Shown one piece after another: positions 34,940 to 44,200 of a stretch of DNA of 64,000 nt. The DNA comes from a virus, in IMG/VR virus record IMGVR_UViG_3300031251_000970, positions 17,877 to 81,876 of that record, one strand, 5' to 3'. The position numbers and the translations under genes were made by a program. Position 1 is the stretch's first letter. Every line of letters begins with the position of its first letter. Under the pieces are notes generated by a model. The model was given only the letters and a program-made list of their open reading frames with translations, ran no database searches and had not been told where the DNA came from.

Positions 34940-35851
34940 TCAGAATGTGGAAGCGGTTCCTGCGGTTACCCCAGCGGCTGCGGAATATTTATTCCCAGCG
35001 ACGAACCCAGCCGCCGCCGTAATTGGCGTTGTACCGCTCGGAACGTTGATGGCATTGTTCGTAATAAACGGCGTTGATGCGGCCGCCATCGTAATGGCCA
35101 CCGTCCCAGTCCCAATGACGAATCGATTGTTGTCGATCGATCCACGAAGCACGGTTCCGACATTCAAAATCGCCTGAGTCATCTTGCCGCAAAAATAATT
35201 ATTTTGAATTAAATAGTCGACACCCGATTCGTGTCCGATTTGGCAAGTCGTTGTCGTACCGGAGTTGATGGCTGGCCCAAGGAATCGGCAGTTCGTGACA
35301 GTGAATCTGTCTGCGGTCGCAGCCGTCAAGATTCCCTTGACAACTCCCGCCGCAGCGGCATTGCAGATGAAGTCGCACTGGTCGAATTTGACATCGACCC
35401 CGGTCACGCTGATTGCCGCGACGATCGCATCGATCCCCGTAAAGTCGAACACGAAGTTCTGAAACATCACGGCCGCACCAGTGATGATCATCTGAGCGGC
35501 TGTCGAGGTTGAAAACGTGATCTTCGGTCGCTGTCGACCGTTGCCCATGCCGATATAGCTGACGCCGGGTTTGCTGAAGGTCATACCAGCCGCACCGACG
35601 ATCGTTTCCGCATGACCAGCCCCGACGAAAACGATATCGCCGTAGTTCGTCAGAAACGTGGGAGCATTGCAGAGAGCTTGAGCATTGATCAGCGTATCGA
35701 CGGGAACGTCTGCACAATATCCGCCATTGCTCGAAGAGTTCGTACTGGCATTGTTTGCGAAATAGACATCGCCCATGATTGGGTGAGTCGTGAATCGCAA
35801 TGCTCCACGAGCACGATTGAAATTGCTGGCATTGGTCGCTTGAGAGGTCAT
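34940..35851 (-). CDS. right-handed beta-helix structural protein (head spike/fibre candidate)
   Basis: GDIVFVGAGHAETI, repeating I..N.F stacks; head module position. Confidence 0.7.
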   Translation of the reverse strand: MTSQATNASNFNRARGALRFTTHPIMGDVYFANNASTNSSSNGGYCADVPVDTLINAQALCNAPTFLTNYGDIVFVGAGHAETIVGAAGMTFSKPGVSYIGMGNGRQRPKITFSTSTAAQMIITGAAVMFQNFVFDFTGIDAIVAAISVTGVDVKFDQCDFICNAAAAGVVKGILTAATADRFTVTNCRFLGPAINSGTTTTCQIGHESGVDYLIQNNYFCGKMTQAILNVGTVLRGSIDNNRFVIGTGTVAITMAAASTPFITNNAINVPSGTTPITAAAGFVAGNKYSAAAGVTAGTASTF

Positions 35852-35895
35852 TCAGCACACTCCGTCTCAGGTGGTGTAAAAGTTCGAAACTTGAA

Positions 35896-36345
35896 TCAGT
35901 TGACCGATGCGGCAGGTTTCAGGATGCCCGCTCGCTCGAGCACGGCCGGGAACAGTGCCCGTGCCTTATTGCATTCGTCGAGGTTCCAATCGTATTTCTC
36001 GTACGATTGGACTCCCGGCGATTTGATCATCTCATATGTTTCCTGAACGAGTTTCACGCTGCCGAGTTCTCGTGAAATCATGTTGCAGGGATGCGTCTTT
36101 TTCAGATTCGGAGCATAGGCTTCGTCGAGAGGATTGTTGTCGATGGCAACAATATCGATCGAACCATTCATGATCTGATCGGCGGTTTCCAGAAACGCGG
36201 CCGCATCTCGGAAGCAGCGAATCGCCACTTGCTTCGGCGAGTTATTGTTCTGCCGAGCATTCTGGAACAATTGGAACGCGGTCTTTTCCAGCCGAGCCGA
36301 GTCAGACGATGACTCGACATCCGGCCTTTTCTTTTCTTCTGCCAT
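35896..36345 (-). CDS. hypothetical protein (head module)
   Basis: 149-aa ORF, AGGA RBS. Confidence 0.65.
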   Translation of the reverse strand: MAEEKKRPDVESSSDSARLEKTAFQLFQNARQNNNSPKQVAIRCFRDAAAFLETADQIMNGSIDIVAIDNNPLDEAYAPNLKKTHPCNMISRELGSVKLVQETYEMIKSPGVQSYEKYDWNLDECNKARALFPAVLERAGILKPAASVN

Positions 36346-36390
36346 GACAACTTTCCTGAGTGAACTCTATTCCGATCCGAACGATCCGGA

Positions 36391-36903
36391 TCAGGCTAAG
36401 AAATCGATACCGGTCTGCTGTGGCTGCTTGAGTCCGACAGCGATATAGATCGCCGTTCCCAACTGGGCATTCGTGCCAGTATCGGGAATCGTGATTTGCA
36501 CATAGGCGAAGCCGTTCGCGAGGTCCAGGTCTTTCCCTTGAATCTCGACGACGACGATCGCGGCCGATGCCGCAGCACCGGTCAGAGTCGCCGTACCGGC
36601 CGCTGCCTGAGTCGTGATCGTCCAGATTCGATTCGCTGCCGTCGCGATAGCACCGATCTTGCTTCGGTATTTCGTGAACGTCAGAGCCTTGGAACTGCCA
36701 CCGGCATTGTCCTTGGCTTGATTCACGGTGAAAACCGGATCGTCACCGGCCGTCCCTGCCGCCTTGAGCAGAACCAAAGCAACCCGGTCACACATGGCCA
36801 TTTTGTGCCAGTTGGCACCATTGTTGCCAGTCTGCATATCGACCGGAATGAATGCGAAATTGATATCACAAGATTCCGTGAATTCCTGATTCAGTGTCGT
36901 CAT
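36391..36903 (-). CDS. capsid decoration/cement protein
   Basis: 170 aa directly after the MCP; V.QA.D..G...KAL...DL.NGF.YV jelly-roll pattern. Confidence 0.7.
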   Translation of the reverse strand: MTTLNQEFTESCDINFAFIPVDMQTGNNGANWHKMAMCDRVALVLLKAAGTAGDDPVFTVNQAKDNAGGSSKALTFTKYRSKIGAIATAANRIWTITTQAAAGTATLTGAAASAAIVVVEIQGKDLDLANGFAYVQITIPDTGTNAQLGTAIYIAVGLKQPQQTGIDFLA

Positions 36904-36945
36904 AATCGTTTTCCCGAAAAAGAGTTGAAATCATGCCGACAAAAA

Positions 36946-38289
36946 TCAGCGAGCGGCCACGCCCACGAAACTGGATTGGGTATTCGTACCCTGATAAGGA
37001 GTCGTCGGAGCGTTTTCCCAAGGAATCGCGTTCATTCGCATCGTGAACCGCAACGCCATCTGATCCGTCAGGAATTCGACGTGCATCGAGACGGCTTGCT
37101 GAATTCCACCCTTGGAGATCGACAGCACCTGCCCGAGATCGGCGAGCACGATATCGCCAGCGGTTCCCAGCGTGGACGCGAATTCGATCGGTTTCATCGG
37201 CAGTCCGCACAGCGTTCCGAACGGCGTCCCGGACATTCCACCAGGAGGCATGTAGGTTGCCACACCGGCCGCACCGATGCCCAAGGTCATCAGCATCAAT
37301 TGCTGTTGAATGTCCTGATTGTGATACCACTTGGCGTTGTTGAGGAACGGAGCGAAGAACCGTCCGAAAATTTTGGCAATATTCTCCGTGACGACCGTTT
37401 TCGGAGTTTGTCCGACTTCGGCCGAGATCGAGAGATAGCTCGGGGCGTTGATGATCCCCAGCGGTTTCGCCACGCCATCACCACGGAAGAGGGCCGCACC
37501 GATCAGGAAGTTGAATTCCTCGGAGGCCTTCCGGGTCACATATTGTTCGAGAGCGGCCGAATTGTCATTGATCAGTTCGTCGGTCAGATAGACGACAACG
37601 GCGACTTTTTGCAGTTTCAATTGGACTTCGCGAAGGGTCGGTTTGCTGGCGGTGATCGTATTGCCTTCACCCGTCCAATAGCCTCGCAGTCCACCATGAC
37701 GAGAACCGTCAACACGGCTCGTTTCGGCGTTCGCCCAAAACGTCATGTTGTTCCCGGCAACCGTGTAGGCGTCGGTCGAGTTGACCAAATCGTTCGAGTA
37801 GATTCGGCTGAAAATCTTGGTCGAGAACTCGGGCAAAACCGTAAAGCCGCCGTCCGCTCCGATACCTTCCGACATCCCTTGGACGGCTTTCATGGCCGAA
37901 CAGGATTTGTAATGGTTGCGAACCCGCTCTTGGAATCCGTTCGAGGCATGACCGTCGAGACCTGCTCGAACGAAGTCGTTCAGTGACTTGAATTCGGACT
38001 TGGGAACATATCCATCCTTAATCAGAGCGGCCATTTGCGATTTGCGGCTGGAAATGCGATTTGCGACCGGTCCGCGAATCTCGTTCGGAGATTGCACGAT
38101 TGTGACCGTGTCATCGTCGTCGCCTTCCGACCATTCGCCAACGATTCGGCCCTGTGCGTCGCGATGAACGCCGCCAAAGTTCGGAGTTGATCCGAGAATC
38201 GACTTGAGAGATTTCAATTCGGCCGACTGCTCGTCATTTTTCTTGATCAGTTCGGCTTGGAGTTTTTCGAGAGTGGCGATGTCAGCCAT
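36946..38289 (-). CDS. major capsid protein, HK97 fold with N-terminal delta domain
   Basis: GADGGFTVLPEF, WTGEG.TI..S, L.KVA..V..TDELI.D, GDG..KPLGI, F.TD..ALRF..R. Confidence 0.95.
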   Translation of the reverse strand: MADIATLEKLQAELIKKNDEQSAELKSLKSILGSTPNFGGVHRDAQGRIVGEWSEGDDDDTVTIVQSPNEIRGPVANRISSRKSQMAALIKDGYVPKSEFKSLNDFVRAGLDGHASNGFQERVRNHYKSCSAMKAVQGMSEGIGADGGFTVLPEFSTKIFSRIYSNDLVNSTDAYTVAGNNMTFWANAETSRVDGSRHGGLRGYWTGEGNTITASKPTLREVQLKLQKVAVVVYLTDELINDNSAALEQYVTRKASEEFNFLIGAALFRGDGVAKPLGIINAPSYLSISAEVGQTPKTVVTENIAKIFGRFFAPFLNNAKWYHNQDIQQQLMLMTLGIGAAGVATYMPPGGMSGTPFGTLCGLPMKPIEFASTLGTAGDIVLADLGQVLSISKGGIQQAVSMHVEFLTDQMALRFTMRMNAIPWENAPTTPYQGTNTQSSFVGVAAR

Positions 38290-38346
38290 GTTAAAAATCC
38301 CTTTAAGAGCGTGGTACAAAACAGATGGCCGCTTTGGCCACGGTCC

Positions 38347-39783
38347 TCAACTTGCCGACAGTCGCCGCTGAAGTTCCTCGGCGAGTTTCCTCATTTTCTC
38401 ATCTTCCGGAGCCATCGCGGGTTTCGATTCCTCGACTTTCGGAGTCATCGATTTCATTTTCGCCCCGTGAATCTCGGCTTGTCGCACGAGTCGCTCGGCA
38501 TGATCGATCGTCGATTGCAACGATTTCCGCTGCGATCCGTTCAAATTCTTGTCGGACTGCAACGATTTCAGACGATGAATGATTCCGTACATCTCGTTTT
38601 GCCGACCGCTCGACGCGGCGAGAAACGATTTCATCTCGGTATTGTCGTCGTCGCTGGAATCTTCGGTTTCGTCGCCCATGTCTTCCGACTTGAGATCGCA
38701 TTTCATCTTGGGGTAACACTTTACGTGTAATCCTTCGAGTTGCGTCATCCCGGCTTTCATCATGTCGTTGACGTCACCAACGCCTTTCTTGACCGCCTCA
38801 TTCTCTAGGTGATCCCCGAGGCATGAATTGGTCGACTTGACGCCCGATTTGATGTGAGCGTGAAGGCATTTGATGACCTGCGAGCCGTACGGCTGTTTTG
38901 CAGGATCGACGCCCGGTTCGTTTTCTGGAGCCTGCATCGTCGCCCCGTTGTTCACATTCGATTCCGTCGCTTGATCGGCGGGAATCGTCGCGGGATTTTG
39001 ATTGTCGGTTTTTCCGGAACCCGTTGAACCGGTCTCGGAGTTTTCTTTGTCTTCAGGCACGTTATCGTCGCCCATATCGTCTTTTTTCATTTTCGACTCC
39101 TCGAATCCGGTTCCGTATTTTTTGGGCTTCGGAGCAATGGCAGTGAGTGATTTGTAAATCGACTCGTGGATCGGTCGTCCGTCCAATCGATTTTTTGAGA
39201 GGCATTTCGTGATCGCTTGCGGATTGACTCCGAGAACGGTGAATGACCATTCCTCCAAGTCCCACAAGCTGACTTCGGTGATCGTCCGACCGTTTTTGAA
39301 CACCGGACGTGACTTCAAGGGAGTTTCCCGAACCGAAACGCCGCGAATGACTCCGTCTGCGATCAGTTCGAAAACTTGCATCGCGGTCTGGTCTTTTTGT
39401 GCGAAAAAGCATGTCCCATAGACCGAATCGTCGATGATTTGGATTGCGAGGTTTCCATCCGGGTCGCTGCTGGTTCCCATCGGCAACGGAATTCCTTCCG
39501 TCAGTCCGTGATTCCAGAGCACGACCGGATTCAGGCGATAATTGTCGAGCTTGCAGCCCGATGCCAAAAGTACATCGCCGACGCGGTCCGGTTCGGCATT
39601 CGAGATTCTCGCTCGGACACTGACCGCCGATCGATCGACATACGGCGGATCGTTATCCACCGAATCCAGCATGAGCGATGGAGAATCAACCCCGAGAGCT
39701 TTCGTCGAATACAACCAATTCATTCCTCGATTGGTCGAGAGAATGTCGTCGAGGGATTCGAGGAATGGTTGTTCGGCTGGCAT
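38347..39783 (-). CDS. HK97-family prohead protease with C-terminal scaffold-like extension
   Basis: DRVGDV, NPVVLWNH, GVIRGVSV, EEWSFTVLGVNPQA. Confidence 0.9.
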   Translation of the reverse strand: MPAEQPFLESLDDILSTNRGMNWLYSTKALGVDSPSLMLDSVDNDPPYVDRSAVSVRARISNAEPDRVGDVLLASGCKLDNYRLNPVVLWNHGLTEGIPLPMGTSSDPDGNLAIQIIDDSVYGTCFFAQKDQTAMQVFELIADGVIRGVSVRETPLKSRPVFKNGRTITEVSLWDLEEWSFTVLGVNPQAITKCLSKNRLDGRPIHESIYKSLTAIAPKPKKYGTGFEESKMKKDDMGDDNVPEDKENSETGSTGSGKTDNQNPATIPADQATESNVNNGATMQAPENEPGVDPAKQPYGSQVIKCLHAHIKSGVKSTNSCLGDHLENEAVKKGVGDVNDMMKAGMTQLEGLHVKCYPKMKCDLKSEDMGDETEDSSDDDNTEMKSFLAASSGRQNEMYGIIHRLKSLQSDKNLNGSQRKSLQSTIDHAERLVRQAEIHGAKMKSMTPKVEESKPAMAPEDEKMRKLAEELQRRLSAS

Positions 39784-39810
39784 ACCCGACGATTAGACGG
39801 GCGAAAGAAT

Positions 39811-39827
39811 ATTGACGTAATGTCAAT
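39811..39827. promoter_or_regulatory. palindrome ATTGAC-N5-GTCAAT upstream of the protease-capsid operon
   Basis: Perfect dyad 28 bp upstream of the protease ATG; includes a minus-strand TTGACA. Confidence 0.45.
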
Positions 39828-39861
39828 GCCGAGAAGTTTTACAGACGTCTAGAAAACTTTC

Positions 39862-40080
39862 TCACTTCAATTCCGACTGAGGCGGAATCGGAATTTTGAT
39901 CGAATGCGGGCATTCCGAGCAGTAGCGATGCTGGATGCGTGATCCGTCGGAAAGCTGTTCAACGGTGCCGACTTTGCAGATTGTGCCACACTTTGGGCAG
40001 ATCGGAACCGGTTTCAGATTGTACCAGTTGACATACTTTCGCTTCGATAATCCGTTTTCCGAATCCTTCACGAATGTCAT
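39862..40080 (-). CDS. small zinc-finger protein (Ogr/Delta-like candidate)
   Basis: CPKCG...RYCSEC.H; directly upstream of the head operon. Confidence 0.55.
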   Translation of the reverse strand: MTFVKDSENGLSKRKYVNWYNLKPVPICPKCGTICKVGTVEQLSDGSRIQHRYCSECPHSIKIPIPPQSELK

Positions 40081-40153
40081 CCGAGATTTCCTGAGAGCGA
40101 ATTAACCGCGACTCGGATTGTTATCGCGAATTCGACGGGATTTGACAACATGA

Positions 40154-40192
40154 AATGAAAAAGCCGATCCGGTTTTGATGCCGGATCGGCTT
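40154..40192 (-). terminator. intrinsic terminator closing the early-gene island
   Basis: 12-bp stem AAGCCGATCCGG/CCGGATCGGCTT followed by a T-rich tract on the minus strand. Confidence 0.8.
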
Positions 40193-40224
40193 CGCATTCC
40201 ACTGTCGAATATCAATCAGCGACG

Positions 40225-40620
40225 TTAGTCGTTCATATCCAATTCCGCTCCGCTGATTTGCTTTTCGAACAAATCAAACAGTCGTCGTCCGATTTCGTCG
40301 GGAATATTCGCGACATGCTCCCCTTTCGCCAGCAATTCGGCAGACTCGAACAATCGCTCGTCATCGCCTTCGGGTGCCCATCCGAGATTCTCCCAGCCGC
40401 CGTACATTGATCCGGGGTCGTAATAGCCCGTCGATGTGAAATGGATTGCGAGTTCCAAGCAGGGAGTCGAATCGAAATCCATCGGCAAATAGGGTCGCAA
40501 GAATTCGAGAGCGTCGCTTCCGCAGCCGATCTCGGTTTGCAGGTCGCAGATGAAGCCGTCTTCATCGCTGTCGAGTTCCAGGTAAATCACTCCGGCGACA
40601 TTTGACCAACTGTTTTTCAT
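40225..40620 (-). CDS. acidic hypothetical protein (GYYDPG..YGG.E...APE.DDER)
   Basis: AAGGAG RBS, own promoter. Confidence 0.75.
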   Translation of the reverse strand: MKNSWSNVAGVIYLELDSDEDGFICDLQTEIGCGSDALEFLRPYLPMDFDSTPCLELAIHFTSTGYYDPGSMYGGWENLGWAPEGDDERLFESAELLAKGEHVANIPDEIGRRLFDLFEKQISGAELDMND

Positions 40621-40660
40621 TTTATAACTCCTTCGTTGCGGTTACTGATCGCACGAACAA

Positions 40661-40689
40661 ATATTACAGAACAATTTATCGGCTGTCAA
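40661..40689 (-). promoter_or_regulatory. sigma70 promoter
   Basis: TTGACA-17-TAATAT. Confidence 0.75.
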
Positions 40690-41189
40690 CTCGCAATCGA
40701 TTGACCCTCATTCGCCCATAGTCCTGACATTCCGCCATATCGTGATCCGGTCGTTCGAAATTCAGCGGTCCATTCCCAAACATCGCGAACGAAACACTGA
40801 AACTCGGCTCCGGAGAGTTCAAGTTCTGGACGCGTGTCGAACTCCGCCATGTCAATCGCGGCGTCATACGCATCGCGATAACTTTTCGGGACGACCAACT
40901 GAACGGATATTCCATTCAAAATCGTCAGATGATCGCTGAACTGATCGGCCGTATCGGCTGTGAAGGAATTGATCTTCGCGATGATCCTGGATTTCTGTTC
41001 GGCGATTTGCGAATCCAGATTGCGAAATGTGGCCTCCACTTTTTCGAGTGATTGAGCGACATAGCCTTTCATCGCCTCGTCGAACAGCAGTACGTGCCGT
41101 TCGCGATTTGCCTTGAGTGTTTCGATCAGTCTCAGCCGGTCAACGACGACGGTTCTATTCATCTGATTGCTTAATGCTCGGTTTGCCAT
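40686..41189 (-). CDS. hypothetical protein (L..NR..H...Y..AIDM.E......L...EF..FV.D.W.W)
   Basis: Start MANRAL after AAGGA; pattern seen in phage hypotheticals. Confidence 0.75.
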   Translation of the reverse strand: MANRALSNQMNRTVVVDRLRLIETLKANRERHVLLFDEAMKGYVAQSLEKVEATFRNLDSQIAEQKSRIIAKINSFTADTADQFSDHLTILNGISVQLVVPKSYRDAYDAAIDMAEFDTRPELELSGAEFQCFVRDVWEWTAEFRTTGSRYGGMSGLWANEGQSIAS

Positions 41190-41223
41190 GTTCGATTCCT
41201 TTGATCTGTTTGAGAAAGCGGAT

Positions 41224-41424
41224 TCAATCAATCATGCATGATCGGTCGTAGGCATCTTCGAGGCACGAATCGACGATGCGTTTATTCTCTTCGGCTGTTA
41301 CGTTCAGTTCTGATTTTTCGTAGCCGATCTCGTCGAAGTCCCATTCGATCTCGCATTCGTACATTGCGATGACTTTGTTGTGATATTCGATTTCAACTTG
41401 TTTGCCGCGAAAGTCGACGATCAT
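41224..41424 (-). CDS. acidic hypothetical protein
   Basis: 66 aa, ATGA-coupled. Confidence 0.65.
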   Translation of the reverse strand: MIVDFRGKQVEIEYHNKVIAMYECEIEWDFDEIGYEKSELNVTAEENKRIVDSCLEDAYDRSCMID

Positions 41425-41888
41425 TTGGATTCCTTTGTGAGTTCGGCCAGCAAACGATCTGCGGACTCAATAGCCATTGCTGCACAATTTCCAGAGCCGA
41501 ACCGCTCATAACCATCACAGGAGAGCAATCCGCTTAACGCCGCCGTTGCAATCGTTTCTCGTGTCGCTCGTCCTAATGCAACTAATTGCAACTTTTTCAA
41601 GTTATCGGCGATGTTTTCGAGCAGTGAATCCGTCTTACTGTATGGACCCTGGCCGATCGCCCACAGTTCCACCAACGCGAATTCGGCTGACTCACGTTCG
41701 ATTGGTCGACCATCCGCCTCAGTGATGATTTTTCCAGAAGATGAAAACGCAGTCCAAATGCCGACTTTGCAGGTTATTGGATTTTGCACCCGAACAATCC
41801 GACTTCCATCCCGAAACACGTATGAACCGTTGGACAGCAGCTTGCCAAGGTCTTTCTTCAACTGCTTGATAGAGGGCTGTCTATTCAT
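41421..41888 (-). CDS. hypothetical protein with RETIATAALSG..ADRLLAEL C-terminal module
   Basis: C-terminal module paralogous to the upstream gene. Confidence 0.7.
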   Translation of the reverse strand: MNRQPSIKQLKKDLGKLLSNGSYVFRDGSRIVRVQNPITCKVGIWTAFSSSGKIITEADGRPIERESAEFALVELWAIGQGPYSKTDSLLENIADNLKKLQLVALGRATRETIATAALSGLLSCDGYERFGSGNCAAMAIESADRLLAELTKESK

Positions 41889-42339
41889 TTGATCCCTTTT
41901 TGAGTTCTGCAATGAGGACATCGGCCATTTGAACGGCCATCTGAGATAGAAACTTGAAGTCGCAGTCGAAGTCTTTTCCGACGGTCGTCGCGAATCCTTG
42001 CAATGCCATTGCCGCGAAATGCTCTCGCTTCGTGAGATTGGATGCGAGTTCGGGAATCGGTTCTGTGGGTTTCGGCCGAGCGTTGCTTTCGCGGTATGAT
42101 GCGAATGGTCCTTCTCCCGCTTCCCAATAGCACATCAAGACGTCCTCGATATGATCGAAGAATTTTGGCGTCTTTCCATCATCGTCTAGCATGAACGATC
42201 CGTCATCCCAGGTTGCGACCCATTTTCCGTCTTCTTTCTCGACGATTGAGCATCGATCCGGAAAAGAGTAATACGACCCCTCGTCGCTTTCGTGAAGTTC
42301 ACCTAGTTTTTCTCGAAGTTCTCCCATTCCCGGCTTCAT
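41881..42339 (-). CDS. hypothetical protein with LTKREHFAAMALQG..ADVLIAEL module
   Basis: Widespread phage motif LT.R..FAA.A.QG. Confidence 0.75.
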   Translation of the reverse strand: MKPGMGELREKLGELHESDEGSYYSFPDRCSIVEKEDGKWVATWDDGSFMLDDDGKTPKFFDHIEDVLMCYWEAGEGPFASYRESNARPKPTEPIPELASNLTKREHFAAMALQGFATTVGKDFDCDFKFLSQMAVQMADVLIAELKKGSNE

Positions 42340-42500
42340 CGCGTTTTTCCTTTCTCTTGTTCAGTCAAGTCGATCTCGACTAGCCTGTCGAGAAGTTTTT
42401 GAAACGTGTCATTCAGATATGGCAGGTTCTTCGGATCGCGTTCTTTTGCGATCAGAGATTCGATGTAATCGAGGCGGGTTTCGAGCTGTTCTTTTGTCAT
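42336..42500 (-). CDS. small helical hypothetical protein
   Basis: Start MTKEQ, ATGA-coupled. Confidence 0.6.
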   Translation of the reverse strand: MTKEQLETRLDYIESLIAKERDPKNLPYLNDTFQKLLDRLVEIDLTEQEKGKTR

Positions 42501-42685
42501 GAGTCTCTCGCTTCGCGTGCCAGTTCGTCGCGTTGTTCTTCGGTCAGCTTGAATCGGTCGCACAGGATTTCTCGTTCAAGATTCGCTTGATGGAATCGTT
42601 CTTGGAAATCATTTGACCTTCTTCGGCTTCGTTCGAGTTCATTCTTGAGACTGTCGATTTCTTGCTGATCTTTTTTCGTTCGCAT
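42497..42685 (-). CDS. small coiled-coil hypothetical protein
   Basis: 62 aa, AAGGTG RBS. Confidence 0.6.
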   Translation of the reverse strand: MRTKKDQQEIDSLKNELERSRRRSNDFQERFHQANLEREILCDRFKLTEEQRDELAREARDS

Positions 42686-42688
42686 GGA

Positions 42689-42901
42689 TCACCTTTCCAC
42701 GATCATCAGAGCGAAATTCTCTCTACGACAATCGGACGTCTCGATTGGCGTTCCGTCGATCGTGCTGAGGATGACCCCGCGATGCAGAATCGTTGCCGCC
42801 GTTACTGTTCTGTCGTCGTAATACGAGTCCTGCATAACGACATACGGATCAATCCCATTCGCCAATTCATCGCCCAGTTTCTTGAACTCAGACCATCTCA
42901 T
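42689..42901 (-). CDS. hypothetical protein
   Basis: Start re-called at MRWSEF. Confidence 0.55.
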   Translation of the reverse strand: MRWSEFKKLGDELANGIDPYVVMQDSYYDDRTVTAATILHRGVILSTIDGTPIETSDCRRENFALMIVER

Positions 42902-43274
42902 CGGAACCGCCTTCCTGCTGAGACTTCGCGATTTGTTCTCGCTCGTAGGCTTCGTCGAGCAATCTGTTTTCTTGGTCCGACAGGTCGATAAAGTGTTGAG
43001 CGGCATCGTCGAAAATGTCCTTCAGACCATCGGTCTCGCCGTCGCAAACGACGCAGATCGCATCATCCTCCGGCCAATTTCCTTCGGCGACAACAATTCC
43101 GACAATCTCGCCGCACAATGCGATTAGCTCGTGAGCCGCCTTCAGTTCATCCTTTTCGAGAACAGTATTGTGGTCGGCCTTTCCTGACTTCGACATGATC
43201 GCTTTGATCACGTCTCGACAATCTTTCAGATCAGTGAGCGTATAGCGGAAGCGGTTTGTATAACGGTGAGACAT
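42888..43274 (-). CDS. hypothetical protein
   Basis: Start MSHRY after GAAAGGA. Confidence 0.65.
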   Translation of the reverse strand: MSHRYTNRFRYTLTDLKDCRDVIKAIMSKSGKADHNTVLEKDELKAAHELIALCGEIVGIVVAEGNWPEDDAICVVCDGETDGLKDIFDDAAQHFIDLSDQENRLLDEAYEREQIAKSQQEGGSDEMV

Positions 43275-43350
43275 GGTTTTTCCTTTCAAAAGTCTTTCGA
43301 TTCACAACAGTCCCCGCCGATCCATCAACGGGGAGAGCAGTGAACCGCGA

Positions 43351-44094
43351 CTAGATTGCAGAATACTTCGTTTCAGCGTCGATCAATCCATACAGTTTCA
43401 TCGTCAACAAGGTGAACTTCGTTGGATTCGATTCGCGGGCTTTCATGGCGAATGTTCCGGCGTTGAACAAGCTCCAAGCCGTTCGCGGTTCGAACGCTGA
43501 GAATGATGGCTTCCGCCATTCCGCAATCGCTTGCGGCAGAAGTGTTGAACTCAGGATTCCTTGCTCGTAGGCGTGAAGCAAACAACTTGCGGCCTGCTGT
43601 TCGGTCAGTTCGCATGCCTGATAATGTTCGATGCGTTTCGCTTCGACCTGCTGAAACTGAGCGAGAGCGACGATCGACTTTGAAATCCCTTCGTCGAATC
43701 GATTCATACCGAATCGTGTGTGACGCTTGCTGACATAGATTTCCGAGTTGAATGAGAGATTGTCGCATACGAATACTCGGGAACCGGCCGTCATGCCGAT
43801 TGGGAACACTTTGTCGACTGAATTGCGAACGCCAACAGCGAGAGAAACTCCTTCGACAATTGGACTCGCCAAATCGAGCGTCGCGAAGAACTGAGCATTG
43901 TCGGCCGACAGAGCGAACTGCGATTTGCGGATCGAGAACCCCGCATTCGTCAGCGATCCTTCAACCGTTTCCAAAACCGTCTTGTGTGGCGTCGGAAACC
44001 ATGTCGATGTGCCTTCGACGTGTTCGCAGGATTCGACTTCCGAACGTTCGACTTTTCGTGATCCGCGATGAAGGATGAGAGTTGATTCGGTCAT
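43351..44094 (-). CDS. DUF932-like domain protein
   Basis: TWFP.PH, GVRNSVDK, GSRVFVCDNLSF, KRHT, RTAWSLFNA. Confidence 0.8.
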   Translation of the reverse strand: MTESTLILHRGSRKVERSEVESCEHVEGTSTWFPTPHKTVLETVEGSLTNAGFSIRKSQFALSADNAQFFATLDLASPIVEGVSLAVGVRNSVDKVFPIGMTAGSRVFVCDNLSFNSEIYVSKRHTRFGMNRFDEGISKSIVALAQFQQVEAKRIEHYQACELTEQQAASCLLHAYEQGILSSTLLPQAIAEWRKPSFSAFEPRTAWSLFNAGTFAMKARESNPTKFTLLTMKLYGLIDAETKYSAI

Positions 44095-44134
44095 TCTGTT
44101 TTCCCTGTTCAGGAGTCTCACGCAATTCGTCGAG

Positions 44135-44152
44135 CACGGTTACTGTTTCGTG
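44135..44152 (-). repeat. 18-bp leader motif CACGAAACAGTAACCGTG, copy 1
   Basis: Exact match to 46648-46665; both copies lie between a promoter and the first gene. Confidence 0.8.
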
Positions 44153-44171
44153 TTCGCGTCGTGATGAAATA

Positions 44172-44200
44172 ATGTTATCGAAGTTTATCGGATTTGTCAA
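44172..44200 (-). promoter_or_regulatory. sigma70 promoter of the early-gene island
   Basis: TTGACA-17-TAACAT. Confidence 0.75.

Noticed and set aside
36496-37986. 496-aa plus-strand ORF (also 21702-22634, 2395-3225, 58276-58827 and similar)
   Set aside because: Antisense shadows of well-supported minus-strand genes, with no motifs or RBS
43290-43350. Long imperfect hairpin after the DUF932-like gene as a terminator
   Set aside because: No U-tract follows and the operon continues; it may be a processing site, but support is insufficient
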